From the human T2T-CHM13v2.0 reference genome, Homo sapiens, in assembly GCF_009914755.1 (NCBI RefSeq), contig NC_060948.1: a stretch of 64,000 nucleotides of DNA; one strand, 5' to 3'. Position numbers and translations under genes: made by a program. Position 1 is the stretch's first letter. Each line of letters begins with the position of its first letter. Under the pieces are notes generated by a model. That model was given only the letters and a program-made list of their open reading frames with translations. It made no database searches and had not been told where the DNA came from. Shown piece after piece: positions 40,500-54,558 of this stretch.

Positions 40500-43400
40500 C
40501 CTGGAATAAAGTGGAATGCTACGGTCTCGAATGGAATAAAAATGTATGGAATGGAATGCAATGAAACGGAATCGAATGTCATAGAATGTAATGGAATGCA
40601 AAAAAATGGACTCCAAAATCATTGACTGGAAAGGCTGGGTGTCGAAAGAATTGACTCCAATGGAATGGAATCGAATGGAATGGAAGTGAATAGAATCGAA
40701 CTAAATCGAATGGAATGGAATTGATAGGAACGGAATGGAAAGGAATGAAATGATTTGGCATGGAATGGAATCGAATGGCATCGAATGGAATGGAATGGAA
40801 TGCAATGCAATGGAATGTATTAGAATGTAATGAACTTTAATGGAATGTACTCGAATGGATTCGACTGGAATGGAATGTTCTGGAAGTGAATGGACTCCAA
40901 TGGAATGGATTGAAAAGGAATGGAATCGTACGGAATGGAATCTAATGGAATGGAATTAAATGGAAATGAATGAAATTGAATAGCACGGAATTGAATTGAA
41001 TGGAATCGAATGCAATGGAATCTAATGAAACGGAAAGGAAAGGAATGGAATGGAATGGAATGGGCTGGAATGGAAAGGAATCGAAACGAATGGAATGGAA
41101 TCGAACTGAAGAGACTGGAATGGAATGCACTGGAATGGAAGGGAGTGTAATGGAAGGTTCTCGAAAAAAATGGAATCGAATGGAATGGAATTGAATGGAA
41201 CGGAATAGAGTCGAATGGAATTGAATGGAATGGAATGGACTAGAGTGAAATGGAATCGAACCACAAGGAATGGACAGGAATAGAATGGTCTCGAATTGAA
41301 TGGAATCGTATGGAATGGCATCAAACGGAATGGAATGGACAGCCACGGAATGGAATGCACTCGAATGCAATGGAGTCGAAACTAATGGACTGGAATAGAA
41401 TGGACTCGACTGGTATGGACTCCAATGGAATGGAATCGAATGGAAGGGAATCGAACGGAATGGACTCGAAGGGAAAAGACTGCAATGGAAAGGTCTCGAA
41501 TGGAATGGAAATTAATGGAATGGAATGGAATCGAATGAAATGGAGTCAAAAGGAATGGAATCGAATGGCAAGAAATCGAATGTAATGGAATCGCAAGGAA
41601 TTGATGTGAACGGAACGGAATGGAATGGAATCCAAAGAAATGGAATAGAATGGAATGGAATCGAATGGAAAGAACTCGAATGGAAATCACTCGAATAGAA
41701 TGCAATTTAATAAAATAGGATGAAATGTAACGGAATGGAATGGAAAGGAATCGAAACGAAAGGAATGGAGACAGATGGAATGGAATGGAACAGAGAGCAA
41801 TGGTATAGAATGGAATGGAATCATCTGGAATGGAATTGAATGGAATGGAATAATATGAAATGGAATTGAATGGAATGGAATGCCCTTGAATTAAATGGAC
41901 TGGAATGGAATGGACTCTAACAGAGTGGAATGGAAAGTGTTGAGATAGAATGGAATGGACTCCTTTGGAATGGTCTAGTATGCAATGCAATGGACTGGCA
42001 GGGAATCAAAAGGAATGTAATCAAATGGATTGGACTGGAATGCAATGGACTCGAATAGATTGGAAACGGAATGCAAAGGAATGGAATGGAATAGTATGGA
42101 ATGGAATGGAAAGGAATGGAGTGGAATAGACTAGAGTGGAATGGAATGGACTCGAAAGCAATGGACTGGAATGGAACTTTCTTGAATGGACTGGAATCAA
42201 ACGGAATGGAATGCAATGCAATCAAATGGCATGGAATAAAATAGAATGAAAGAGAATCAAATGGAATTGAATCGAATGCAATCGAATGGATTGGAAAGGA
42301 ATAGAATGGAATGGAATGGAATTGACTCAAATGGAATGGACTAGAATGGAATGGATTCGAATGGAAGGCAAAGGAATGGAATCTATTGGAATGGACAGCA
42401 ATGGAATGGAAAGGAAGGGATTGGAATGGACTCGAATGGAATGGACTGCAATAGAAAGGATTCGAATGGAATGAAAAAGAATTGAATGGAATAGAACAGA
42501 ATGGAATCAAATCGAATGAAATGGAATGGAATAAATAGGAATGGAATGAAATGGAATGGAAAGGATTCGAATGGAATGCAATCGAATGGAATGGAATCGA
42601 ACGGAATGGAATAAAATGGAAGAAAACTGGCAAGAAATGGAATCGAAATGAATGGAGTGTTATGGAACGGACTCCAAAGGAATTGAATGTAATAGAATGG
42701 AGTGGAGTGGACTCGAATATAATGGACTGGAATGGAATGAAATCACATGGAATGGGAACGAATGGAATGGAATGGAAAGGAATGGAATCGAATGGAAAGG
42801 AATCGAATGGAAGGGAATGAAATTGAATCAACAGGAATGGAAGGGAATAGAATAGACGGTAATGGAATGGACTCGAATAGAATGGACACGAATGCTCAAA
42901 TTGAATGGACTCGAATGGAATGGAAACGAAAGGAATGTCATCGAATGGAATTGAATCGATTGGAACGAAATCGCATAGAATGGAGTGGAATCAAATGGAA
43001 TTGAATCGAAAGGAAAGGAAGCGAATGGACTGAAATGAAATGGAATGGAATTGAATGGAAAGTAAAGCAATGGAATAGAATGGAACGAAATTTCACGGAA
43101 TGGAATCAAACTGAATGGAATCAAATCAATGGAATATAATCAAATGGAATGGAAAGGAATTGAATGGAGTAGATGGGATTGGATGGGATTGGAATGAAAT
43201 GTACTGGAAAGGACTCGAATTTCATGAAACGGAATGGAATGAATTGGAACGGAATGGACTCGAATGGAATGGAATGTCATGGAATGGCATCAAATGGAAT
43301 GGAATCGAATGCAATGGAATGCTATGGAATGGAATGGAATGCATTGGAATGGAATGTCCTCTAATGGAATGGATTCGAGTGGAATGGAATCGAATATAAT

Positions 43401-44017
43401 GGAGTCGAATGAAATGGAATTGAAAGGAATGGGATCGAATACAATGGAATATACTGGAATGTAATGTAATGAACTCGAATGTAATTGACTGGAATGGAAT
43501 GTACATGAATGGAATGTAATCGAATGGAAAGTAATCCAATGGAATAGAATCTAATGCAATAAAATCGACTCAGATAGAGTAGAATGTAATGGAATGGAGT
43601 GCAGTGCAATGGAATGGAATGGAATGGAATGCAATGGAATGGAATGGAATGGGATGGAATGGTATGGAATGGATAGTAATGGACTGGAGTGAAATGGACT
43701 GGAAAGGAATGGACTCAAATTGAAAGGGCTCGAAAGGAATGGAGTCAAATGGAATGGTCTGGAATGGAATGAACACGAATGTAATGCAATCCAATAGAAT
43801 GGAATCGAATGGCATGGAATATAAAGAAATGGAATCGAAGAGAATGGAAACAAACGGAATGGAATTGAATGGAATGGAATTGAATGGAATGGGAACGAAT
43901 GGAGTGAAATTGTATGCAGTAGAAGAGAATAGAATGGAATGCAAGCGAAAGGAAAGGAATGGATTGGAATGGAATGGAATTCATGGGAATGGAAGGGAAT
44001 GTAGTGTAATGGACAGG
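40500..44017 (+). repeat. DYZ1 unit H12, 3518 bp
   Basis: GGCC at 40498 and 44016; 1-bp deletion. Confidence 0.9.
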
Positions 44018-47000
44018 CCTGGAATAAAGTGGAATGCTACGGTCTCGAATGGAATAAAAATGTATGGAATGGAATGCAATGAAACGGAATCGAATGTCAT
44101 AGAATGTAATGGAATGCAAAAAAATGGACTCCAAAATCATTGACTGGAAAGGCTGGGTGTCGAAAGAATTGACTCCAATGGAATGGAATCGAATGGAATG
44201 GAAGTGAATAGAATCGAACTAAATCGAATGGAATGGAATTGATAGGAACGGAATGGAAAGGAATGAAATGATTTGGCATGGAATGGAATCGAATGGCATC
44301 GAATGGAATGGAATGGAATGCAATGCAATGGAATGTATTAGAATGTAATGAACTTTAATGGAATGTACTCGAATGGATTCGACTGGAATGGAATGTTCTG
44401 GAAGTGAATGGACTCCAATGGAATGGATTGAAAAGGAATGGAATCGTACGGAATGGAATCTAATGGAATGGAATTAAATGGAAATGAATGAAATTGAATA
44501 GCACGGAATTGAATTGAATGGAATCGAATGCAATGGAATCTAATGAAACGGAAAGGAAAGGAATGGAATGGAATGGAATGGGCTGGAATGGAAAGGAATC
44601 GAAACGAATGGAATGGAATCGAACTGAAGAGACTGGAATGGAATGCACTGGAATGGAAGGGAGTGTAATGGAAGGTTCTCGAAAAAAATGGAATCGAATG
44701 GAATGGAATTGAATGGAACGGAATAGAGTCGAATGGAATTGAATGGAATGGAATGGACTAGAGTGAAATGGAATCGAACCACAAGGAATGGACAGGAATA
44801 GAATGGTCTCGAATTGAATGGAATCGTATGGAATGGCATCAAACGGAATGGAATGGACAGCCACGGAATGGAATGCACTCGAATGCAATGGAGTCGAAAC
44901 TAATGGACTGGAATAGAATGGACTCGACTGGTACGGACTCCAATGGAATGGAATCGAATGGAAGGGAATCGAACGGAATGGACTCGAAGGGAAAAGACTG
45001 CAATGGAAAGGTCTCGAATGGAATGGAAATTAATGGAATGGAATGGAATCGAATGAAATGGAGTCAAAAGGAATGGAATCGAATGGCAAGAAATCGAATG
45101 TAATGGAATCGCAAGGAATTGATGTGAACGGAACGGAATGGAATGGAATCCAAAGAAATGGAATAGAATGGAATGGAATCGAATGGAAAGAACTCGAATG
45201 GAAATCACTCGAATAGAATGCAATTTAATAAAATAGGATGAAATGTAACGGAATGGAATGGAAAGGAATCGAAACGAAAGGAATGGAGACAGATGGAATG
45301 GAATGGAACAGAGAGCAATGGTATAGAATGGAATGGAATCATCTGGAATGGAATTGAATGGAATGGAATAATATGAAATGGAATGGAATGGAATGGAATG
45401 CCCTTGAATTAAATGGACTGGAATGGAATGGACTCGAACAGAGTGGAATGGAAAGTGTTGAGATAGAATGGAATGGACTCCTTTGGAATGGTCTAGTATG
45501 CAATGCAATGGACTGGCAGGGAATCAAAAGGAATGTAATCGAATGGATTGGACTGGAATGCAATGGACTCGAATAGATTGGAAACGGAATGCAAAGGAAT
45601 GGAATGGAATAGTATGGAATGGAATGGAAAGGAATGGAGTGGAATAGACTAGAGTGGAATGGAATGGACTCGAAAGCAATGGACTGGAATGGAACTTTCT
45701 TGAATGGACTGGAATCAAACGGAATGGAATGCAATGCAATCAAATGGCATGGAATAAAATAGAATGAAAGAGAATCAAATGGAATTGAATCGAATGCAAT
45801 CGAATGGATTGGAAAGGAATAGAATGGAATGGAATGGAATTGACTCAAATGGAATGGACTAGAATGGAATGGATTCGAATGGAAGGCAAAGGAATGGAAT
45901 CTATTGGAATGGACAGCAATGGAATGGAAAGGAAGGGATTGGAATGGACTCGAATGGAATGGACTGCAATAGAAAGGATTCGAATGGAATGAAAAAGAAT
46001 TGAATGGAATAGAACAGAATGGAATCAAATCGAATGAAATGGAATGGAATAAATAGGAATGGAATGAAATGGAATGGAAAGGATTCGAATGGAATGCAAT
46101 CGAATGGAATGGAATCGAACGGAATGGAATAAAATGGAAGAAAACTGGCAAGAAATGGAATCGAAATGAATGGAGTGTTATGGAACGGACTCCAAAGGAA
46201 TTGAATGTAATAGAATGGAGTGGAGTGGACTCGAATATAATGGACTGGAATGGAATGAAATCACATGGAATGGGAACGAATGGAATGGAATCGAATGGAA
46301 AGGAATCGAATGGAAGGGAATGAAATTGAATCAACAGGAATGGAAGGGAATAGAATAGACGGTAATGGAATGGACTCGAATAGAATGGACACGAATGCTC
46401 AAATTGAATGGACTCGAATGGAATGGAAACGAAAGGAATGTCATCGAATGGAATTGAATCGATTGGAACGAAATCGCATAGAATGGAGTGGAATCAAATG
46501 GAATTGAATCGAAAGGAAAGGAAGCGAATGGACTGAAATGAAATGGAATGGAATTGAATGGAAATTAAAGCAATGGAATAGAATGGAACGAAATTTCACG
46601 GAATGGAATCAAACTGAATGGAATCAAATCAATGGAATATAATCAAATGGAATGGAAAGGAATTGAATGGAGTAGATGGGATTGGATGGGATTGGAATGA
46701 AATGTACTGGAAAGGACTCGAATTTCATGAAACGGAATGGAATGAATTGGAACGGAATGGACTCGAATGGAATGGAATGTCATGGAATGGCATCAAATGG
46801 AATGGAATCGAATGCAATGGAATGCTATGGAATGGAATGGAATGCATTGGAATGGAATGTCCTCTAATGGAATGGATTCGAGTGGAATGGAATCGAATAT
46901 AATGGAGTCGAATGAAATGGAATTGAAAGGAATGGGATCGAATACAATGGAATATACTGGAATGTAATGTAATGAACTCGAATGTAATTGACTGGAATGG

Positions 47001-47520
47001 AATGTACATGAATGGAATGTAATCGAATGGAAAGTAATCCAATGGAATAGAATCTAATGCAATAAAATCGACTCAGATAGAGTAGAATGTAATGGAATGG
47101 AGTGCAGTGCAATGGAATGGAATGGAATGGAATGCAATGGAATGGAATGGAATGGGATGGAATGGTATGGAATGGATAGTAATGGACTGGAGTGAAATGG
47201 ACTGGAAAGGAATGGACTCAAATTGAAAGGGCTCGAAAGGAATGGAGTCAAATGGAATGGTCTGGAATGGAATGAACACGAATGTAATGCAATCCAATAG
47301 AATGGAATCGAATGGCATGGAATATAAAGAAATGGAATCGAAGAGAATGGAAACAAACGGAATGGAATTGAATGGAATGGAATTGAATGGAATGGGAACG
47401 AATGGAGTGAAATTGTATGCAGTAGAAGAGAATAGAATGGAATGCAAGCGAAAGGAAAGGAATGGATTGGAATGGAATGGAATTCATTGGAATGGAAGGG
47501 AATGTAGTGTAATGGACAGG
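44018..47520 (+). repeat. DYZ1 unit H13, 3503 bp (shortest)
   Basis: GGCC at 44016 and 47519; 1-bp deletion plus a private 15-bp deletion near 46291. Confidence 0.9.
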
Positions 47521-50500
47521 CCTGGAATAAAGTGGAATGCTACGGTCTCGAATGGAATAAAAATGTATGGAATGGAATGCAAAGAAACGGAATCGAATGT
47601 CATAGAATGTAATGGAATGCAAAAAAATGGACTCCAAAATCATTGACTGGAAAGGCTGGGTGTCGAAAGGAATTGACTCCAATGGAATGGAATCGAATGG
47701 AATGGAAGTGAATAGAATCGAACTAAATCGAATGGAATGGAATTGATAGGAACGGAATGGAAAGGAATGAAATGATTTGGCATGGAATGGAATCGAATGG
47801 CATCGAATGGAATGGAATGGAATGCAATTCAATGGAATGTATTAGAATGTAATGAACTTTAATGGAATGTACTCGAATGGATTCGACTGGAATGGAATGT
47901 TCTGGAAGTGAATGGACTCCAATGGAATGGATTGAAAAGGAATGGAATCGTACGGAATGGAATCTAATGGAATGGAATTAAATGGAAATGAATGAAATTG
48001 AATAGCACGGAATTGAATTGAATGGAATCGAATGCAATGGAATCTAATGAAACGGAAAGGAAAGGAATGGAATGGAATGGAATGGGCTGGAATGGAAAGG
48101 AATCGAAACGAATGGAATGGAATCGAACTGAAGAGACTGGAATGGAATGCACTGGAATGGAAGGGAGTGTAATGGAAGGTTCTCGAAAAAAATGGAATCG
48201 AATGGAATGGAATTGAATGGAACGGAATAGAGTCGAATGGAATTGAATGGAATGGAATGGACTAGAGTGAAATGGAATCGAACCACAAGGAATGGACAGG
48301 AATAGAATGGTCTCGAATTGAATGGAATCGTATGGAATGGCATCAAACGGAATGGAATGGACAGCCACGGAATGGAATGCACTCGAATGCAATGGAGTCG
48401 AACCTAATGGACTGGAACAGAATGGACTCGACTGGTACGGACTCCAATGGAATGGAATCGAATGGAAGGGAATCGAACGGAATGGACTCGAAGGGAAAAG
48501 ACTGCAATGGAAAGGTCTCGAATGGAATGGAAATTAATGGAATGGAATGGAATCGAATGAAATGGAGTCAAAAGGAATGGAATCGAATGGCAAGAAATCG
48601 AATGTAATGGAATCGCAAGGAATTGATGTGAACGGAACGGAATGGAATGGAATCCAAAGAAATGGAATAGAATGGAATGGAATCGAATGGAAAGAACTCG
48701 AATGGAAATCACTCGAATAGAATGCAATTTAATAAAATAGGATGAAATGTAATGGAATGGAATGGAAAGGAATCGAAACGAAAGGAATGGAGACAGATGG
48801 AATGGAATGGAACAGAGAGCAATGGTATAGAATGGAATGGAATCATCTGGAATGGAATTGAATGGAATGGAATAATATGAAATGGAATGGAATGGAATGG
48901 AATGCCCTTGAATTAAATGGACTGGAATGGAATGGACTCGAACAGAGTGGAATGGAAAGTGTTGAGATAGAATGGAATGGACTCCTTTGGAATGGTCTAG
49001 TATGCAATGCAATGGACTGGCAGGGAATCAAAAGGAATGTAATCGAATGGATTGGACTGGAATGCAATGGACTCGAATAGATTGGAAACGGAATGCAAAG
49101 GAATGGAATGGAATAGTATGGAATGGAATGGAAAGGAATGGAGTGGAATAGACTAGAGTGGAATGGAATGGACTCGAAAGCAATGGACTGGAATGGAACT
49201 TTCTTGAATGGACTGGAATCAAACGGAATGGAATGCAATGCAATCAAATGGCATGGAATAAAATAGAATGAAAGAGAATCAAATGGAATTGAATCGAATG
49301 GAATCGAATGGATTGGAAAGGAATAGAATGGAATGGAATGGAATTGACTCAAATGGAATGGACTAGAATGGAATGGATTCGAATGGAAGGCAAAGGAATG
49401 GAATCTATCGGAATGGACAGCAATGGAATGGAAAGGAAGGGATTGGAATGGACTCGAATGGAATGGACTGCAATAGAAAGGATTCGAATGGAATGAAAAA
49501 GAATTGAATGGAATAGAACAGAATGGAATCAAATCGAATGAAATGGAATGGAATAGAAAGGAATGGAATGAAATGGAATGGAAAGGATTCGAATGGAATG
49601 CAATCGAATGGAATGGAATCGAACGGAATGGAATAAAATGGAAGCAAACTGGCAAGAAATGGAATCGAAATGAATGGAGTGTTATGGAACGGACTCCAAA
49701 GGAATTGAATGTAATAGAATGGAGTGGAGTGGACTCGAATATAATGGACTGGAATGGAATGAAATCACATGGAATGGGAACGAATGGAATGGAATGGAAA
49801 GGAATGGAATCGAATGGAAAGGAATCGAATGGAAGGGAATGAAATTGAATCAACAGGAATGGAAGGGAATAGAATAGACGGTAATGGAATGGACTCGAAT
49901 AGAATGGACACGAATGCTCAAATTGAATGGACTCGAATGGAATGGAAACGAAAGGAATGTCATCGAATGGAATTGAATCGATTGGAATGAAATCGCATAG
50001 AATGGAGTGGAATCAAATGGAATTGAATCGAAAGGAAAGGAAGCGAATGGACTGAAATGAAATGGAATGGAATTGAATGGAAAGTAAAGCAATGGAATAG
50101 AATGGAACGAAATTTCACGGAATGGAATCAAACTGAATGGAATCAAATCAATGGAATATAATCAAATGGAATGGAAAGGAATTGAATGGAGTAGATGGGA
50201 TTGGATGGGATTGGAATGAAATGTACTGGAAAGGACTCGAATTTCATGAAACGGAATGGAATGAATTGGAACGGAATGGACTCGAATGGAATGGAATGTC
50301 ATGGAATGGCATCAAATGGAATGGAATCGAATGCAATGGAATGCTATGGAATGGAATGGAATGCATTGGAATGGAATGTCCTCTAATGGAATGGATTCGA
50401 GTGGAATGGAATCGAATATAATGGAGTCGAATGAAATGGAATTGAAAGGAATGGGATCGAATACAATGGAATATACTGGAATGTAATGTAATGAACTCGA

Positions 50501-51039
50501 ATGTAATTGACTGGAATGGAATGTACATGAATGGAATGTAATCGAATGGAAAGTAATCCAATGGAATAGAATCTAATGCAATAAAATCGACTCAGATAGA
50601 GTAGAATGTAATGGAATGGAGTGGAGTGCAATGGAATGGAATGGAATGGAATGCAATGGAATGGAATGGAATGGGATGGAATGGTATGGAATGGATAGTA
50701 ATGGACTGGAGTGAAATGGACTGGAAAGGAATGGACTCAAATTGAAAGGGCTCGAAAGGAATGGAGTCAAATGGAATGGTCTGGAATGGAATGAACACGA
50801 ATGTAATGCAATCCAATAGAATGGAATCGAATGGCATGGAATATAAAGAAATGGAATCGAAGAGAATGGAAACAAACGGAATGGAATTGAATGGAATGGA
50901 ATTGAATGGAATGGGAACGAATGGAGTGAAATTGTATGCAGTAGAAGAGAATAGAATGGAATGCAAGCGAAAGGAAAGGAATGGATTGGAATGGAATGGA
51001 ATTCATTGGAATGGAAGGGAATGTAGTGTAATGGACAGG
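47521..51039 (+). repeat. DYZ1 unit H14, 3519 bp
   Basis: GGCC at 47519 and 51038. Confidence 0.9.
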
Positions 51040-54000
51040 CCTGGAATAAAGTGGAATGCTACGGTCTCGAATGGAATAAAAATGTATGGAATGGAATGCA
51101 ATGAAACGGAATCGAATGTCATAGAATGTAATGGAATGCAAAAAAATGGACTCCAAAATCATTGACTGGAAAGGCTGGGTGTCGAAAGGAATTGACTCCA
51201 ATGGAATGGAATCGAATGGAATGGAAGTTAATAGAATCGAACTAAATCGAATGGAATGGAATTGATAGGAACGGAATGGAAAGGAATGAAATGATTTGGC
51301 ATGGAATGGAATCGAATGGCATCGAATGGAATGGAATGGAATGCAATGCAATGGAATGTATTAGAATGTAATGAACTTTAATGGAATGTACTCGAATGGA
51401 TTCGACTGGAATGGAATGTTCTGGAAGTGAATGGACTCCAATGCAATGGATTGAAAAGGAATGGAATCGTACGGAATGGAATCTAATGGAATGGAATTAA
51501 ATGGAAATGAATCAAATTGAATAGCACGGAATTGAATTGAATGGAATCGAATGCAATGGAATCTAATGAAACGGAAAGGAAAGGAATGGAATGGAATGGA
51601 ATGGGCTGGAATGGAAAGGAATCGAAACGAATGGAATGGAATCGAACTGAAGAGACTGGAATGGAATGCACTGGAATGGAAGTGAGTGTAATGGAATGTT
51701 CTCGAAAAAAATGGAATCGAATGGAATGGAATTGAATGGAACGGAATAGAGTCGAATGGAATTGAATGGAATGGAATGGACTAGAGTGAAATGGAATCGA
51801 ACCACAAGGAATGGACAGGAATAGAATGGTCTCGAATTGAATGGAATCGTATGGAATGGCATCAAACGGAATGGAATGGACAGCCACGGAATGGAATGCA
51901 CTCGAATGCAATGGAGTCGAACCTAATGGACTGGAATAGAATGGACTCGACTGGTACGGACTCCAATGGAATGGAATCGAATGGAAGGGAATCGAACGGA
52001 ATGGACTCGAAGGGAAAAGACTGCAATGGAAAGGTCTCGAATGGAATGGAAATTAATGGAATGGAATGGAATCGAATGAAATGGAGTCAAAAGGAATGGA
52101 ATCGAATGGCAAGAAATCGAATGTAATGGAATCGCAAGGAATTGATGTGAACGGAACGGAATGGAATGGAATCCAAAGAAATGGAATAGAATGGAATGGA
52201 ATCGAATGGAAAGAACTCGAATGGAAATCACTCGAATAGAATGCAATTTAATAAAATAGGATGAAATGTAATGGAATGGAATGGAAAGGAATCGAAACGA
52301 AAGGAATGGAGACAGATGGAATGGAATGGAACAGAGAGCAATGGTATAGAATGGAATGGAATCATCTGGAATGGAATTGAATGGAATGGAATAATATGAA
52401 ATGGAATGGAATGGAATGGAATGCCCTTGAATTAAATGGACTGGAATGGAATGGACTCGAACAGAGTGGAATGGAAAGTGTTGAGATAGAATGGAATGGA
52501 CTCCTTTGGAATGGTCTAGTATGCAATGCAATGGACTGGCAGGGAATCAAAAGGAATGTAATCGAATGGATTGGACTGGAATGCAATGGACTCGAATAGA
52601 TTGGAAACGGAATGCAAAGGAATGGAATGGAATAGTATGGAATGGAATGGAAAGGAATGGAGTGGAATAGACTAGAGTGGAATGGAATGGACTCGAAAGC
52701 AATGGACTGGAATGGAACTTTCTTGAATGGACTGGAATCAAACGGAATGGAATGCAATGCAATCAAATGGCATGGAATAAAATAGAATGAAAGAGAATCA
52801 AATGGAATTGAATCGAATGCAATCGAATGGATTGGAAAGGAATAGAATGGAATGGAATGGAATTGACTCAAATGGAATGGACTAGAATGGAATGGATTCG
52901 AATGGAAGGCAAAGGAATGGAATCTATTGGAATGGACAGCAATGGAATGGAAAGGAAGGGATTGGAATGGACTCGAATGGAATGGACTGCAATAGAAAGG
53001 ATTCGAATGGAATGAAAAAGAATTGAATGGAATAGAACAGAATGGAATCAAATCGAATGAAATGGAATGGAATAGAAAGGAATGGAATGAAATGGAATGG
53101 AAAGGATTCGAATGGAATGCAATCGAATGGAATGGAATCGAACGGAATGGAATAAAATGGAAGAAAACTGGCAAGAAATGGAATCAAAATGAATGGAGTG
53201 TTATGGAACGGACTCCAAAGGAATTGAATGTAATAGAATGGAGTGGAGTGGACTCGAATATAATGGACTGGAATGGAATGAAATCACATGGAATGGAAAC
53301 GAATGGAATGGAATGGAAAGGAATGGAATCGAATGGAAAGGAATCGAATGGAAGGGAATGAAATTGAATCAACAGGAATGGAAGGGAATAGAATAGACGG
53401 TAATGGAATGGACTCGAATAGAATGGACACGAATGCTCAAATTGAATGGACTAGAATGGAATGGAAACGAAAGGAATGTCATCGAATGGAATTGAATCGA
53501 TTGGAATGAAATCGCATAGAATGGAGTGGAATCAAATGGAATTGAATCGAAAGGAAAGGAAGCGAATGGACTGAAATGAAATGGAATGGAATTGAATGGA
53601 AAGTAAAGCAATGGAATAGAATGGAACGAAATTTCACGGAATGGAATCAAACTGAATGGAATCAAATCAATGGAATATAATCAAATGGAATGGAAAGGAA
53701 TTGAATGGAGTAGATGGGATTGGATGGGATTGGAATGAAATGTACTGGAAAGGACTCGAATTTCATGAAACGGAATGGAATGAATTGGAACGGAATGGAC
53801 TCGAATGGAATGGAATGTCATGGAATGGCATCAAATGGAATGGAATCGAATGCAATGGAATGCTATGGAATGGAATGGAATGCATTGGAATGGAATGTCC
53901 TCTAATGGAATGGATTCGAGTGGAATGGAATCGAATATAATGGAGTCGAATGAAATGGAATTGAAAGGAATGGGATCGAATACAATGGAATATACTGGAA

Positions 54001-54558
54001 TGTAATGTAATGAACTCGAATGTAATTGACTGGAATGGAATGTACATGAATGGAATGTAATCGAATGGAAAGTAATCCAATGGAATAGAATCTAATGCAA
54101 TAAAATCGACTCAGATAGAGTAGAATGTAATGGAATGGAGTGGAGTGCAATGGAATGGAATGGAATGGAATGCAATGGAATGGAATGGAATGGGATGGAA
54201 TGGTATGGAATGGATAGTAATGGACTGGAGTGAAATGGACTGGAAAGGAATGGACTCAAATTGAAAGGGCTCGAAAGGAATGGAGTCAAATGGAATGGTC
54301 TGGAATGGAATGAACACGAATGTAATGCAATCCAATAGAATGGAATCGAATGGCATGGAATATAAAGAAATGGAATCGAAGAGAATGGAAACAAACGGAA
54401 TGGAATTGAATGGAATGGAATTGAATGGAATGGGAACGAATGGAGTGAAATTGTATGCAGTAGAAGAGAATAGAATGGAATGCAAGCGAAAGGAAAGGAA
54501 TGGATTGGAATGGAATGGAATTCATTGGAATGGAAGGGAATGTAGTGTAATGGACAGG
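51040..54558 (+). repeat. DYZ1 unit H15, 3519 bp
   Basis: GGCC at 51038 and 54557. Confidence 0.9.
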
